64,000 bases of DNA, from contig CM120640.1 of assembly GCA_051362555.1 (NCBI GenBank), positions 22,196,001-22,260,000 of the forward strand, read 5' to 3'. Below the pieces are notes generated by a model. That model was not told the DNA's origin. It saw only the letters and a program-made list of their open reading frames with translations, and searched no databases. Source of the stretch: Lingula anatina. Taxonomy: Eukaryota > Animalia > Brachiopoda. Numbering within the stretch: the first letter of the stretch is position 1; each line of letters opens with the position of its first letter. Below, in pieces: positions 33,046 through 47,400 of this stretch. A program made the position numbers and the translations under genes.

Positions 33046-36000
33046 ACATGTAAGTCCTGTACAGCAGCCTGTTTCGACCATCCAAAGCTTTTAGTAAGAG
33101 ATGAGAATCCTCCCACGTTTTCTGACTCCAAGCCCCATACAACTCAATTTACAAATAAAACAAAAGTCTGTAGTCATGTGCAGTAACCTCTAGCAGGTTG
33201 AAAGTTTCAGTTCAAAATTGTATTATAGAGAGCCCACTCTGATTACTGACATCTGATGAAATAAACTCCACACAAAAAACAGATGGTGAGGTCTATGGAC
33301 CACTAAAATCCATGATTAGAAACCTGAAAAGAGAAATCCCTAGATCCAAAATGAACCTACCCCAGGCAAAGAACTGTGACGTGGATTTCAAATAATCTTA
33401 TCCAATAAAAGATGATTTCAAAAGAACAAAAATTTACAGGATCCACTGACATGAAATTTGAGAAAATAGTTATGATATTCTATCTGATAAAGACTTGCTC
33501 ATAGGTCAGGCACTGCATCATCAAATGCCCTTTGATGAGGGTTGAAGTTCTCACTGCATACTAATGCAATACAAATCAATCACACCAGTGCAAGTCTGAC
33601 TCTGCTTCAGAAATTTCAGGTTCATCTTATATATACAAGCAGACACCTTATTTGGATCTTTGGAATTTTACATTTTGTACAGCTAACAGCCTTGAACATG
33701 ACAGCCAGCACGTTCAAAACGTATTCTCTTGTGAAAATAGTCTGTCTTTTAATATTGCATTTTGATTTATATATGAGCTTCTGCAAATGTCCCCAGCACA
33801 TTTCTCTATGCAAACGAACTCTTTCTCATTAAATTTAACACACAGCAAAAGTTGAAAATAAATTTTGTTTTACATTTATTTTAAGATTTCAAAGGAAGAG
33901 GTATAATTTTTTTTTTTGCCAAAACAAAGCATTTTTGTGGCTGATTATCTTAAAATGGTTTTAGTATTTGTTATGCTTACAATATCGTATTTTCATGCAT
34001 TGATAAAGGAAGATCCTGTTTGGAGACTTAAAAATGCCTAAGAGATTGCAGTGAATTCCATTCAGGACCGACAGAATTTTTGAACTAATACCTATTTAAA
34101 AATCTGGGTATTGTTTAATACAGTTGTTGGAGTATTTCTCAACACATCTTTGTCGGACACCTAGTGCTCCTAAAAAGTGATTCATGCAAACCTTTTTTTG
34201 CAGCTGCATAAACTTTAAAAAACAAAGATCATGATGAAATGATGGTATTTATTAGAGAGAATTGAATTGATCAAAGTTTTTGCTTAACCTCTGCCACTAA
34301 ATGACGTGAATTTATAAAGTACACCACAAAAACAACACAGGATTATTATGCTAAAAAATGGTATATCTTTCTAATTGCTTGCCTTTCATTATGAGGAAAT
34401 CTGGTTTGCAGCTGTGTTGTCTCTAATAGATTTTACGTGAGGAGAAGAACTGGTGCCTTCACAAAAAAGAACTTGAAAAAATAATTTTCTTAAGGGAAAA
34501 CGTCCTTCGTGCAAATCCTCATGAACTTCTTCCTTTACTTCAGACATGTTTAGATATCTTTTTCTACTGAGATAACAACACAGTCAAAGAAAAATACATT
34601 TTGCACTCAAGGGAAAACTACCATATCCTGACGTGGTCCAGATGTCCCAGGCTTTCTGCCCTTTACATTTAGGTGCATGTGGAAACCCACGTCAGCAGTG
34701 CCAGAGAATCATTCACTTACACACGTAACACCCTTCATAACACTCTGTCAAACTGCACAACACTTGTACAGACCATGGTGTATATGTGAATTTGTTCTTG
34801 CAGCCTCATGAAAGTCAGATTAATTAATTCATTGATTTCTTTCTTCTAATGCTGTTATGATAAATTAGGTTATATCTGTGATGGTATAACACCACAGTAT
34901 TAACTCCTGGTATTAACTTTAAAACCTTCCACAATGGTAAGATTCTTAAAGAGTTTTAACCAATATGTGATTCCCAACCTATCAATGTTTTGAACTGGCT
35001 ATTGATAAAACACTAAATCTTTTATATCCCAAATATCTATAATGTATTTTAAATTTTATGACCAGGTCTAGATTCAATCTGAAATCTCACAGCATTATTA
35101 GATCTTATTACAATCGCAAATTTCTTTCTGATCTGACATATGAACCAACAGACTGGAGGGCAGAGATTTCAGTAATCTCCTAACAACCACCCTTGGAAGA
35201 ACAATTGATCTGGGATATTGATTCTGTTGGCTGAAGTAATGGCCGAACAACTGATCTTAAAATCTAGTGTCTGTCCAGTAATGGCAGGTAGTGAAGGCCA
35301 GACTGGACTAGACTTACAACCTACACACTCAGTTCCATTCAGAGTTGATGTAATGGCACAAGTGGGTACTAATGTCTTCACACTTGAATGCTATGATAGC
35401 TACATTAGTTATCATAAACTCAGGTCTACTTCTTACAGGGATTATGGCACCAAATGAGACCAATACCTGGAGGGACTATTTTTTCCTATAAGGAAAGGTG
35501 TAGGGATCATCTTAGACAGTCTCTGGTGCCATACTGTACCAGATGACAAATTGCAGTCATTTTTGCTAATAGCCTCCTCTGTCTGATCTAGTAAGTTAAA
35601 CGGCAATTATTCATCTAAAAAAATCACGCCCGTCTTCATTGCCACAATATATTAAAATATATGAAAAAGTCTACAAGTTATTCATCACTTCAATACAATA
35701 CAATACTAATGAAATTTTAGAACCTATAAAACAAGTTAGTTTATGAAAAAAAAAAAGTGCTATTTGTGTCTCAAAATTGGTTTTGTATATGTGGGGGGAA
35801 ATGCATACTATAAATTTAAGACAGAGGTATTTTTTATCCAACCAATGATAAACTGACAAAAAAAAAATTAATGAAATGTTGCAAATTGCTAAAAGCCAAA
35901 GTAAATTATCTTGAGCATTTGGTAAACACATTATATGATAAAAAAGAAGTCACATGCATTCAATCTATTTTCCTATAAAGAGAAGAAAGAAATCAGATGC

Positions 36001-39000
36001 AAAATTTATAAATCCTGCTGTTTATGTTGTGATTTTGAATACATTGCACATTGGCATCCATTATTCTGGCTTTCTGTTCATGATGTTGCATTTAAATAAC
36101 TGCAATTTTCTGCTTTATTCTGCAATTTAATATACTGCATGAGAAATGCTAATTTAAAAATACATTGTATTCAAATGCAATTTTATAAGATACACAATGC
36201 TGACGTCTTTCCATTAGACACTGACACAGAAAAATACACAAAACCACTGTGTCTGTTTGTAAAAAAGTTAACATGCCAAACCAGGGTTTGAATGCAAGGA
36301 AATTTCCAACCTTGGTGTTCATCTTCTTTACTTATTTCAGTGGCCTCCTACCTGTAGTATTTATTATTTCAAGACTCAACTCACTTAAGATTTCCATTTC
36401 CTAAATGAGCTATCTAGTAATGATAGTAGCCAAGACCAGGGCTACCTAAGAGTTCACTTTACCTCCTGTGTTGGGTTAATCTCTGCCTTCTAGCCTGGCA
36501 TCCATACAAACCTTGATAGGAAATATTTGCCACAGGATTAACTCCTTTTATTTCCTATCACCTCTGTTCACAGTATTGTTTCTGGATGACTGACATGTTT
36601 GGATAAACACAGGTTTCATGGACTCCCTATCATTTACTTCACTGGACAAAAAATAAACAAACCATAGACTGAAAGTTCATCTGCAATTATGTAATGCACT
36701 TTTTGTTCAAATAATTTTGTTCAAAAATATCAATTTTGGCTCCTTTTTATCACATTATCACAAACTAGGTCTCTCTTAGATAGAGAAAAAATTTAAATCC
36801 AACATCTTCTATTGTTCTATCAATGAAATTTCTCAAAGCTGTATTAATGGCAACGGCTAGGATTCTACATAATTTTTAATGCAGTGACATAATTTCACCT
36901 AAAATATCAAAGATTCTCCAACTTTACACTACATTCCAGCTCAGTAGCTTACAATGATTATTTTATATCAAGACAGGCAAACATCCCAGTAACAGGTTGT
37001 CACTGCTATCCGGACGGAGAAAGACAACACAACATGGTGGGGACTCAGCAAACCATCAAATTAAACTATTTATGATATGCATCTAGTATATTATTAGTTC
37101 TGCTAGGGTAAAGTAGAAGCACCTCCATGCAGTGGTTAAGATGGTGTGATAAAACCTAACAGAAGACTGTTGCATGGTAGAACTGATTACAGCTGTGACA
37201 TAGCACACCTGTATCTTTTAAAGCATGATTTAACTACAGTTAAATGTTTAAAATAATTTTTGATTGTTCTCTGCAAAACAGACATCAAAAACAAAAAATG
37301 TGTGGTGAAAATATAAACCAGTACTAACTATATTATGTAACAATACCAGTACTTTTCTCCATTTGTTTTCCAGAAAAAGTGCTTCAAGGTATTTATAAAA
37401 TAGATATATTTTAACCTATTAAAATCATTACAATATTCAGTTTTAGGAATTAATATATGGGAATGTCTTTTCAGCCGGAAAATTGAAATTGTCTTAACAA
37501 AAATTAATAACTTTGTCCTATATTGGTCCCTGGGGAGTAAAAGAGTACGAAATTCAATATGCTTCCAAATACATATCTCAGGCATAGTGGAAAGAGATTT
37601 TCAATGTATGCATATCTGCAATAGCAACACTTAAAATTAGAAATGTGATTCATTTCTTCATAAAAGGTTAAAGTATGTAGCCACTTTCTGGGTTCAATTT
37701 TTCAATTTGCTTCACTTAGAGGTGGCATGGCCTGACACATGGCAGGCAAAAGAGACTAAAGCCCTACCAGTAAAGGGTCAGTTGTTTTACAAATTAAAAA
37801 ATTTGAGATAACACATGCATATCATTTTAACCAATCCAGGAAGGTCACCTTTTGATGACCTCTGCTTCAGCTGACCACTTCATGATACCAATGTATTAAT
37901 TTTATTTTATTGGTGGCTCTTTAAAAAATAAAAAAAGGAAAAGGCTGAGTTAAAAAAACAAAAACATCATTCAACAAAATATTTTTGTTCCCTAAAAATA
38001 ATAACAACCTTCAACATGGTTAAAAAGCTGCAATTTCAAATAGTTTCTGTTTTCTCCAACAATTACGCAGACAGTACTTAAATATACAATGACATACATG
38101 GAAATAACAAAGACAAATGGACTGAGCATGCCACTAAATCTGATGTAAAACAAAGAGGACCCATAATCTATTACAGGGTACCTTACAAAGCGAGCCCAGA
38201 GTTTCACCTCTCAGCTCTTTACCTCAGCATGACAGGTAAAAAATTTAATAGGGATATTGCATGTTAGGAAGAAATGAAGAGCAGAGAACAGGTCTGATGG
38301 ATCCGCCGCCAGTCTTGGCAATGGTTATGTAGAACATGGCGGACTATACTCAATTATGTTTTACTGATAAAGGTCAAGCAGCTAGTGGCCTGGCATTAAT
38401 GCTGTGATGGAATAAATTTTTAACCCAAGGCTCAAAGGTTGAAGAAAAAGGGTGGAAAGTGTGTGGTGTGTTGACAAATAACCTAAATATAAAAGTAATT
38501 TATCATCCAAAAACTAAATTAAAACTAAGGTAAAAGCAATGCATACAGGGAATGAATAATTTCATTTAAAATGTACACTTTCATCCATAAAAACATATTC
38601 CATAATTTCTAAAATTTCACTAAGTTAGTATGTGACTGTCAGCTAAATATATCCTCAAAGGAAGTGCAAATAGGTAGCTTTTTGTTAGATTTTTTTCTTC
38701 CAATATTTTTCTTTCAGGCTCCCATGATGTGAACTTTTCTATTTAGCAGGTGAAAGGGTCAGACTGAGACAGTCAACAGTCCACAGTCGCAGCCCAGCTC
38801 ACGTCATCAGCCATGACACTAATCGACTCTTCTACACGTCAAAATGTTAAAATATATTGCTTCAATTTAATCTGGGGATGGTTGTTACTGATAAAATCGG
38901 GTACCCTTAACACCAATATTGATAAGGGTTTTGGGGAATGAAATGCAGGGAGGTCTAGTGAGCAAACAGCACTATTGTAATCTGGTCATTAGCATTATGT

Positions 39001-40501
39001 GTTATCGTGTAATTCAACCATATTGAAAATAACGTGAATCTAAATGAATAAAATGTTATATCAACAAGGATTTGCCACAGCATGGCGGATTATACTGCCT
39101 TACAGCATATTATCAAGACTGTTCATCAAAAGTATGATAAATCTCCAGAAAATCAGCCACAGACGCTGGTAGACTTATGCTTTGATAGTTTTAGCGCCTT
39201 GACAAAAGCATTTTACACAGCGTTTACTCAAGCAGAAGCCTGAACACAAACACACCAACAACAAATTATTCTAAACCATTTGGCACTGAAAGGAACACAA
39301 GGGACCCTTAAAAGTTGGTCACAATAAAGGTCTCCACAAATGTGGCTTCCTGTATAACCAGCCTGCCTCTGCAGTCACCAGTCACCAAACAGTTAATGCA
39401 ATGTTTGTGAAGAAATATTTGACAAATTTTCAAACAAGTATTCCATTTACCTAAGACAAGGGAGACCTGGTTGGAGAAAAGACAACCAATCAAATTGTAA
39501 CCCTGTTCAAACTCTGTCTGTATTTTTAATATTTCACCGTAATCCTGTGATGGTTTTCCACTGTAAGAAGAGAAGCCTCAGCAAACAGCCTTATGTGTGA
39601 CATGTTTGCTTATTCCCTGGGGTGAAGATTTGGGCAGGGAAAAAGTATTGGTTACCTGTTCTTCTTTACATCTTCAGTTTGTTGGATATATTGAGGGATC
39701 TTGTGCACATTTAGGAGACAAATAAAATTGTTTATATCTTAAAGGTTAAAAACACATATCTGTGATAAAAATATTATAAAAAAATTATTTCGTGAATTGA
39801 AAGTGCCTTATAAAAATATCTTGTGGGTAAAACGGACTTGATTTTCCTTTCACATGTTTAATTAAAACTCTGATTTTGTACATTTATATTTTTCTTTTGT
39901 ATTTTATATTCAACTTGTGACTGCCATTAATAGCACCTTAAGTGGTAACATGTTGCTATTCCGAATTAAACAAAATACATATGTAAAATGAAAACAAAGT
40001 AACCAGATTTTTTAATGCACTGAAAAATCTATAAAATTTTCCTTTGCTGTACTTTCAGTCGGATTAGAAATCCTCATCTTTTTACCCTCATTCAATGGGG
40101 AAGATCTTATCATTTCACTGTGGGGAAATCCCAAGCGCGAGTGCCGCTCAGTGTTTACAAGCGAGATAAATATTTCACCTAAACTCGATTAGCGCCAGGT
40201 AAACTTGGTCAAAGAGGCCAGGAATCAAACATGCATTATCAAGTAATACGATTTCGATCGCTGCGATATAGTTACCAACAGTAGTGGTAGTGACAGTTTC
40301 TTTTAACCTTTAAACTACATTAACACTGCGACAAAATGGGTCAAAACTCGCACTGCTTTTCTAGTACATTTCATGACTGACAATCTGAGAGAACGATCAA
40401 ACAACTCCAACATACCTGTCATCATACGCAAAATCTGCGTCGAATGTGTTCAGGTACAGCAGCAAAGCCACTGCACATGGTAAAGCCAATTTCTTCTCCA
40501 T
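13943..40501 (-). CDS. TMTC2: Protein O-mannosyl-transferase TMTC2 (multi-TM GT-C/DUF1736 region + C-terminal TPRs), about 862 aa
   Basis: Twelve phase-consistent coding exons: 40501-40416, 26694-26091, 22706-21848, 20962-20848, 18957-18872, 17498-17437, 16368-16167, 15729-15608, 15371-15290, 14708-14594, 14364-14301, 14134-13943 (2589 nt). Motifs [107 protein letters not shown], and C-terminal MNLGAMLHFNG...ALELKPDD...NLRKL typical of TMTC2. An in-frame upstream ATG at 40594 could add 31 aa. Confidence 0.93.
32301..32331. repeat. (GA)n microsatellite in the large TMTC2 intron
   Basis: About 15 GA units seen directly. Confidence 0.95.
33003..33042. repeat. Poly(A) tract of about 40 nt in the large TMTC2 intron
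   Basis: Homopolymer seen directly; no flanking target-site duplication detected. Confidence 0.9.
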
Positions 40502-40671
40502 CCTACCATTCTCGGCACTTTTCCAGTCAGTCCATCCTCTCCAACGTGCCTGCTCAATGAATGACCTACTACGCAGCCTCATACATGTTTTCATATGTAA
40601 ATCCGGGCACTTGCAATCAATTACGCGTGCGCTGTCTCGGCGTGGATTTGTTTACATTCGGCTTTTGTCAT

Positions 40672-42100
40672 GCTGAAGAAAATAAACTCCTCGCGCTAAT
40701 AGCCTTGAAATTAGCTCTGTTGTAACTGTCGATATTTGACTACCACTGGCTTTATGAAGACGTTTGTGCAATATTTATTGACCACTCCACCATACAAGGT
40801 TTCCCGTCAGTCGATTTTTGTGAGTTTGTTAGTTGAGTTAACAGACGCACCTTAGTCGGTCACCGCTCTCTTGGAAATGACCCAAAATATGCGCCTTATC
40901 GTCAACTGGCCTACAGTGGAAGTAAAACAGTTTATACAAATTATTTCATTAATTAAGCGATAAATAAAATATTTTATCAACAAACAAATAAAAATATAAT
41001 AAAACAATTTGCGAGGTTCACTGATCCATTAGCTTTCATTTTTCAATTATGAAAAAAAAAGCATGGGTGTTATAACGAAATAAAGGGAAAAACAATTTAA
41101 AGTAGTCTCCATGGATCAAGTGAAACATACATTTAAATAATTTAAAAAATCTACGAACGAACATGCTTATCTGACTGATTTTTAAACTCATGAGACTTAT
41201 AAAAAATCAAAGTAGCTATAAAGCCGATGAAAAAGGACACCTTGTTGATGTTAAAATGCCGTAAGCAAGGGTCCTGTTATTGTCAGTTTCTTTGACTCTT
41301 GACTGCATTTGTCCTCCAGTTTCTTCGAGGTAAAATTGAACATAAAAGAAACTAGCTGGTGGCCGTTGGTACAGTGCTATTTGCCGCGCTTGACTGTTTC
41401 ACTTGTGCCTCAAGAAGTGGAGTAATTCATTTATAAATGCCCATCCCCGCAGGTAAAGGTTTAAGTTCCCCGGCAAGCGTTTATTGTGGGACTTACGACG
41501 GTTATTTTTTGGCACATTCGTTCCGCTCCGCCTCCCTCATACTCAAGGTGTCAACAGACTGTGGACTGATTGGTGAAAATAGAGACGGGCTATTATTGCC
41601 ATTATCTTCACAGCCACAAGCTATGCCCACCAATCATTTTTATTGTTCAAATACAAAGCTCGGTGAGATATGACTCGTCAACAGAAGGACGTGATTACAT
41701 TTATTTCTGGGGGGAAATAGTTTTAATGAAACTTAAGAAACCATCCTCTCCGCATTTGTTATATCAAGTCGGCGACGACGCAAAAATCTTACCTTTGCGT
41801 TCGCTGAATATTTCACGAATAAAATGTATCTCAAACTACCGCTTGATACCATCATTTATCTTTTTTTCATATTCAGCCCTATGTGATGCACCTCAATAAC
41901 TCGCCGTATGCGGTATATGCAGTTTTATGTCGCATATTTTTTCTTTCGTGATGCCAAAGTTTCTAAACGAATCGCTCTTCGTTTGTTTCATTTATTACTC
42001 GCAACAGCGTAATAATCGCGAAACAGGCGAAAGAAAAATAACACAAACTGCGTGAGAAAAGATCAGAAGTCGCCGTCATTGCCAATTTTTGAAGCTTCAA
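40672..42100 (-). promoter_or_regulatory. Putative TMTC2 5' UTR intron and upstream non-coding exon within a CpG-rich promoter region
   Basis: Minus-strand consensus donor AAG|GTAAGA at 41793/41792 and acceptor TTTATTTTCTTCAG| at 40673/40672 upstream of the start codon. CpG dinucleotides are frequent across about 40100-43500, unlike the gene body. The TSS position is not determinable. Confidence 0.5.
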
Positions 42101-44422
42101 CAAGACCCTAAATTGTTTGGAGATGATTAACAGGCCATCAGGCAGAAGTTAACGATTTATTTCCAAAAGAAACATGGTAGATGCATCCAGCTGAAAAGCA
42201 TGTTAATCCATATGCAAAACAAAATCAGTAAGGGTAAACAGAAGTAGTGACCAAGAAGCTTCAAGCACCTAATTTGTGCACGCAAACAGAACTCTTGTAG
42301 ATAACGTCTGGGAAAGAGTTAGTCGCTACTACAGGCTTCGAAGAATTTCTACTAGACACCGCTCATTTCCGACCAAATTCTTGAAAATTGTCTACGGATG
42401 TCCTCTTCTGAGAATGAAATTAATTTTAGATAGATCGAAACAAAGAGAATACGAGCAATTCAACAAATGTGTCCCAATGTTATTGTCATTTCTAAATTGT
42501 ATTAGGTACATATTTTCTTTGCCTTAGGTTTGACAAAGCGAGATAACGGGAAATGGTTTCGATCTCATTGTCAAATTGCGCGCAAAGACTTATATCAAAG
42601 ACTTTTAATTTCGAAAACTCCACAAAATTTCCATCTCCCGTGATCTGCCTCGTCACCGAATGCCGCCTCCCACAAAGTATCTAGAAATAAAAGAACCTTT
42701 TGTAAACAAATGATAAAATGAAATTTCACATAAAAAGCACATTCTGTAAATAAGCCTGAAGAAACACAAAATAACGTAAACGGTTAACAAAAGGTATATC
42801 CCTAATTTCGCTGAAGAAGAAAAGGGGCGGCTGAGACGATATCACGATAGATCCTGTCTAAAGAATGCACATTATCCTAAACGCAACCCCAAAATGATCT
42901 CCGTTGCTCTACGTAGTACATTTCCATTCTCTTTAATAGACAGAGAGCATCATATTAAAACTATCACTTTCCCCATCCCATTAAAACATAGGGAAGGAAA
43001 CTTAAATTGCCATTATCTTAACAAAGGCATCTCTTTATATCCGACTAAAAGTGACAAAAGATAAAAAGTGGCAGATACTTTAACGGTATTTCGATTTGTG
43101 TTTTAACACAAGACTGCCGAAGCGAACTCGGCTGGAAACTCCGGGAGTCCAAATGCATGTCAAATTAAAAAAGTAAAACGCAGGTAAATCATCAGTCTGG
43201 CGCCCAAAGAAGACTTTAAAGTCCGTAGTATTGTAAAGAACTAATAACGTTTATTACTTATCCCAGTCTACGGTCTTCGATTTTTTAAACTACTTGGCAG
43301 CCTATTACCCCCGTCGGGAAAATATTTTTTTCTATTATGAAATCTTAACGTTTTTGATCTTTTTGAAGACCCGACTTTAAAGAATTATATTTCTAAATAA
43401 AAGCACTGCATCAGCCACAAACCCTGTCTCTTCAAAGAACTCCGCTCAAATATAAAAAATGTGCCTCATAATTATTTCCTCATAAAATGGATAATTCACG
43501 TAAAATAGATTTTTTGCGAACAATACCTAGTATGGATTATTTGAAACCCAAACGATATTCAGGTAAACTCCATCTTAAATACATAAATAAAACAGTAAAA
43601 ATCTTTCCCCAAAATGATCAAATTGCCAGGAAAACGCCAATTAGATTTTATTTCATTTTGACTTTAATCTTTTAACAGTAGAACATACGCTTGCATTGCT
43701 GCAGTTACAGGACATTCTTCCCTATTTTACTTGGCCTAAAAATAGGGGAATTAAAGATTTTTTGCACAGGAGAGTAAATTTCGCTCTCTGGTTAGATGGA
43801 ATAATAACATAATGACATTAATAAGCTTTTTAACTCGTCAAAATCCCGAAGGACAGCTGGCAAGAATGGATTTTTTACACTGATAAAAATCCACAAATTA
43901 TCCAAACAGTCAGAAAATGATCGATTTTACCGCTGAGAGATGGGTGCAAAACTCCCAAATATTGGCGATGAAGCAAGAAAAATTAACTAAACAAATTTTA
44001 TTTTTAAAATTGTAAGGTTAAAATTTAAAGAGCTAGCATAATGCTTCATAAATATATTGCATATATATTATAATTGGCAATATTCTGCACTGTGAGTGTC
44101 TGAACCAATTTAAATACCTGCTTTTTGAAAAAGTTCTACCGATAAGGCTGTGTCTAGACACATCAATTTGGCAGCATGGTAAATACTGTCCAGGAAAACT
44201 GGCTTTTAACATGTCAAATATCAAAATAAATTAGTAATTGGTAGCAAATAAGTATATATCACAGGCCTGGCAGGTTCCAGTTTTGAGCACATGGGAAAAT
44301 ATAGGTGAAAAGTTATTTATTCATATTTCCATTATGATCTAAATTTGGCTTCAAGTCAAGGATTTAATAAAATTGCACAGCTGAATAATTGAAGGTGGTG
44401 TCAGTATTCCTCCACAGCTGCT

Positions 44423-47400
44423 TCAGTCAAAGTAATCTTCAATGTCAATATCTGGGCTTAACAGATCCTCTCCATATTGACTGAGATCCATCTGGTTGAG
44501 AATGAGGTTTTCAAAAGTTTCTTCCAAATCTGTCTCCCCTATCAATATGGCACCTTGCATCCTTCCGTCCTTCATAACTGTCTTTACATACTCATGCCCT
44601 AGAAAAATAATTGAATACAGTTAGATCAATGAGAACTGAAAGAAACATAAAAATCGTGTAGTTTTTTTTTAATTGACATGTTTCATAAAAGGGCATGGAA
44701 TATTTACAAATAAAATTGTCATTACAGTGTTAGGACTAACAACTATCATACATCAGAAATACATAAATTTATTTGTAAAGGAAATAAATATTTTAAAATG
44801 TTCAAACTGGAATAACAGAGAAATTGACAGAAGAAACTTTTATGCAGGGATATCTTCCAATATTTACAAATGGCTTATGGATTATTTGAACAGACAGCAA
44901 CACGCTATGCAGTGTTCCATAATCTTGATGGTGTTTTACAACAGCAAGCAGACGTTAGTCAATTTGGCAAACATGATTAGGCATTGGTAGCGTGTCTAAT
45001 ATCTACTTGAGTTATCATTTTAATCATTCCTTGGCATGCCACTGAACCGATAACTTGAGGTTAAATCCAACCAAAGTAGTTTTGCTCCAAACAATCGTGA
45101 TCTCCAATCTCGGGTTTGGCCAGGGGTAACCAAAGCAAAACAGGACACAATTCCCCTTCAGACAATATTTCTTTCAAATATTAAGCGTGCTTGTGCATTA
45201 CAGGATCTTGTTGTAAAACCTACTCATATTTGCATTTTACAAAGTTTTACTAGTTTCAGACAAATTATAAGTTATTCAAAATGTGATTTATTTTGTAACA
45301 AATCAAGGTTACTTGCCCAAAGTGTGAACACTAGGAAGCCATAATGGTTACTTTCTTAATTTCATATAAAGCATTTATCATTATCAATTCATTACCTATT
45401 ATCATTATCATCAATTCATAAGAAATAAAAGTTTCTATTTCATATCAAAACCACAAGAATATAATATAATGCATGATTATGCATTAGATCTAAATTATAT
45501 TATTAAGTACCCTTATTGATTTTTTCACTATGCATCAGATGCTATGTACAGTAACCAAAATACAGTCAATACAATTCACAAACTAACATTTGTAAGTATC
45601 TGTTTTTATTAGATATCAGACGCTATCGTCAAGTACAATGTTTGTGCTCCAGCCAAAAAATCTGAAAATAAAGTGTCAGTGGAAGGGGAAGTTGATGGGG
45701 TGTGTGAATATCCCAAGACAGGAGTATATCAAAACAACTGAAGATAAAACATAAAAAAGACAACAATAGAGATGATTGATGATTTAAAAAAGTGTCAGCT
45801 TATATCACTAAGACATAAAAGGCAAAACTCTGATGTAAGCAAGTCAATCAAAAGATGCCAAGACAATAATTTTTTTTGGTTAAGGAATGGTTTTCGAAAT
45901 CAATGTAAGCCCGTCTGCACAGATAATTATTAATACACACTAAAAATATAAAATAAACAAAATCCAAGTATACCTCCTCTCCCATATTCTTTTCCTTATC
46001 TTACAATATATATTTGAGAATATTAACTGATGGAAAAAAGAAATGTCCTTATCATCACCATCGTCACTATTGAATTGATTATAAAAAGCCATTCAGTGAG
46101 AGGCCAATAATAAAAGTTAGGATAAAGGGAAAAGTTTGTAATGACACCTTCTTTCAAATGAAAGAGCCACTAAATGGCGACACAACAGAGTGGTTACAAA
46201 GAGCTTGCATTGATTCCATGTGGGTAGAAAGAAGTACAGTCAAGCTCATATCTTTAATATTTTGAAACAGTTTTAATTTGGAGAAGCCTGAATTAATGTT
46301 ATCAATTAAATGGAAAGAAAGAGGTCTTGAAATAGTGCATACAAGGACTGGATGTATTTGCACTGTGTAAAGATACAGTCATGCATTGCACAATGGCCAT
46401 GGTAAAACTTGGTAAATATGTATTTATCCTGCAAAATGTTTGTCCATTTTCCATACCTCAGATTGCACCACATTTGGCTGTCACCTTGATTGATGTACAA
46501 ATCCATTATCATATAACATAAATTTTGCCACTCAAGATTTCCATATTAAGTAGTACATAGCTGTTTTTATGAAACTGATTCACATACACTTTATCAATTT
46601 TTATCATTCAGTTTTGCACTGTGGTAGCCAAGTGTGGCATAACACAGATGACATATCAAAGTCAAATACTTGTTATCAATCCCAAGAGATAAACTGTCAA
46701 GTAAAAAAAAACCTGCCCCTATAATTTCACATGTACCCAAGTCTGCATATTTTAAATGTCAGGTCATCTTTAGGAAAAATAAAAATTATCCTTGACATCC
46801 AAACTTCTATTGTCACCACTGGCCTGTCAGTGCTGCCACAGTGTCAAAATGAGGAACTATTTATTAAGCTTCCTGCATCTCAAAACTGCCAGGGCCACAA
46901 TGAAAAGATCAGATGATGGAAAAAAAATACTTTTAATTCCTTGACAAAAGCAATTTGAATGCAGTGTCACTGAAATTTGTGAAATTATATAAAGTGTCCC
47001 TTTTTTATAGATTTAAAAACCAAAATAAAAGCTACCTTTGTAGAAACGCAGTATTTTTTAAATGTATACAAGAGTACTTCATCAAAATAATTACGATTCA
47101 ATATCATAATAACATTAGTAGCAGTGTAATGAAATGAAGCAGAACTTGTATCTCATGGAAAAAAAATTGATTTACTCTATTCAAAAATGGAAAAGCAATA
47201 TTATTACATTATGTAGTATATAAAACAACAAGGTCCTATTCATAAACTTCAAAAGTTTAATTTGGAAAGAATTCTGGAAATATTTAATTTTTTTCTCATG
47301 AGCAACATTTTAAACTATTGTTATCAAAGGGGTGGCCCTGCTCTTTGAACTTGGATGCTTCTTGATTTCAAGGATGTTTATAAACTTTTCCAGATCTTTC

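Noticed and set aside
39278-39300. ATTTGGCACTGAAAGGAACACAA resembles the miR-96/182/183 family 5' end
   Set aside because: There is no complementary star arm (GTGCCAA) nearby, so no pre-miRNA hairpin can form.
42528-42574. Imperfect hairpin TTTGACAA...GAGAT...ATCTC.TTGTCAAA containing a bantam-like TGAGATC word on the minus strand
   Set aside because: The stem is too short and bulged, and the putative mature sequence would run through the loop.
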